A stretch of 63,343 nucleotides of DNA, filler included, from Stramenopiles sp. TOSAG23-6 (lineage: Eukaryota), in assembly GCA_900128565.1 (NCBI GenBank). It is 8 parts of 8 records of this genome, joined end to end, with 100 filler letters (N's around TTAATTAATTAA, not from the genome) between each part and the next. Parts side by side here need not be neighbours in the genome. Positions count along the whole stretch, not along the records: positions 61,974 to 63,343 come from LT639157.1; 7 more parts are not named here. One strand, 5' to 3'. Below the pieces are notes generated by a model that saw only the letters and a list, made by a program, of their open reading frames with translations, was not told the DNA's origin and did not search any database. A program made the position numbers and the translations under genes. The stretch's first letter is position 1; each line of letters begins with the position of its first letter. Shown here one piece after another: positions 62,034 to 63,343 of the stretch.

Positions 62034-62497
62034 CAATTTCGATTTCGATTTTTTTTTTTATAAAAATGTTATACCTAACGAAAAACAACTTGAAATATTT
62101 TTCCAAATGCATGATGACATCGTTGATGATTTTGATACGAAAACGGCTAATACTATTAAGTCTATCTATCATCAAAAGAAACATATTCTTGCACAATCTG
62201 AAATTTTTCTTTCACCGGAGGATAGAAATTTTATTCCTTTTAGTTCAATGATTGGACATTTTGAAAAAAATTTTGAAAAAAAAATTGAAAAAAATATTGA
62301 AAAAAATTTTGAAAAAAAATTTCAATTGGATGATTTGACAAATGCACAAGATATATCAAATACATGCAAACGTTTACATATACCTCCACCAACCTCTCCT
62401 ACCTCTGAAGCTCGACAATTGTCAGTTTGTTTAAATAATTCTTCCCATCAGAATGTATGTTTTTCATACCCTAACACTCAATAACCTTAATTATTTC

Positions 62498-62544
<47 letters not shown>

Positions 62545-62772
62545 NNNNNNNNNNNNNNNNNNNNNNNNNNNNNNNNNNNNNNNNNNNNNNNNNNNNNNNN
62601 NNNNNNNNNNNNNNNNNNNNNNNNNNNNNNNNNNNNNNNNNNNNNNNNNNNNNNNNNNNNNNNNNNNNNNNNNNNNNNNNNNNNNNNNNNNNNNNNNNNN
62701 NNNNNNNNNNNNNNNNNNNNNNNNNNNNNNNNNNNNNNNNNNNNNNNNNNNNNNNNNNNNNNNNNNNNNNNN

Positions 62773-62819
<47 letters not shown>

Positions 62820-63283
62820 GAAATAATTAAGGTTATTGAGTGTTAGGGTATGAAAAACATACATTCTGATGGGAAGAATTATTTAAACAAACTGACAATT
62901 GTCGAGCTTCAGAGGTAGGAGAGGTTGGTGGAGGTATATGTAAACGTTTGCATGTATTTGATATATCTTGTGCATTTGTCAAATCATCCAATTGAAATTT
63001 TTTTTCAAAATTTTTTTCAATATTTTTTTCAATTTTTTTTTCAAAATTTTTTTCAAAATGTCCAATCATTGAACTAAAAGGAATAAAATTTCTATCCTCC
63101 GGTGAAAGAAAAATTTCAGATTGTGCAAGAATATGTTTCTTTTGATGATAGATAGACTTAATAGTATTAGCCGTTTTCGTATCAAAATCATCAACGATGT
63201 CATCATGCATTTGGAAAAATATTTCAAGTTGTTTTTCGTTAGGTATAACATTTTTATAAAAAAAAAAATCGAAATCGAAATTG

Positions 63284-63316
<33 letters not shown>

Positions 63317-63343
63317 CACAATTGGTTTTTCCTATTTTTTTTT
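61974..63343. repeat. Whole-contig inverted duplication around an N gap, containing an internal exon (62113-62453) of an unknown gene
   Basis: Mirrored identical ORFs; exon flanked by ...TGCAT| and AT|GTATG. Confidence 0.9.

Noticed and set aside
2615-62080. Recurrent palindromic 26-mer as a CRISPR repeat or REP element
   Set aside because: Dispersed rather than arrayed, lies within eukaryotic genes in sense orientation, and no cas genes are present.

Overview
AT-rich eukaryotic (protist-like, possibly stramenopile) draft sequence made of eight unrelated contigs joined by artificial N-TTAATTAATTAA-N linkers, so adjacency across linkers is meaningless. Two contigs are self-palindromic, most likely amplification or assembly artefacts. 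Recognisable genes include Rab GDI, V-ATPase G, Bet1-like SNARE, nucleoplasmin-FKBP, SETD3-like, NRF-6-like acyltransferase, NDC80, a 2OG-Fe oxygenase, Sel1 and ankyrin repeats, RPS17, a NIPA transporter, and GrpE and AGC-kinase fragments. The main observation is the intron system. Most inferable introns (about 90-160 nt) have normal donors (GTATGT/GTACGT/GTAAGT) and share a palindromic motif plus branch point (TTTCGTACGAAATTTTGTACCTAAC), but end in YAT rather than YAG. Seventeen complete introns read AT|GT...AT|, single cases end in GT or CT, and only about four family introns are GT-AG. The intron end usually copies the end of the upstream exon. All splicing is inferred from reading frame and protein motifs; no transcript evidence is available.
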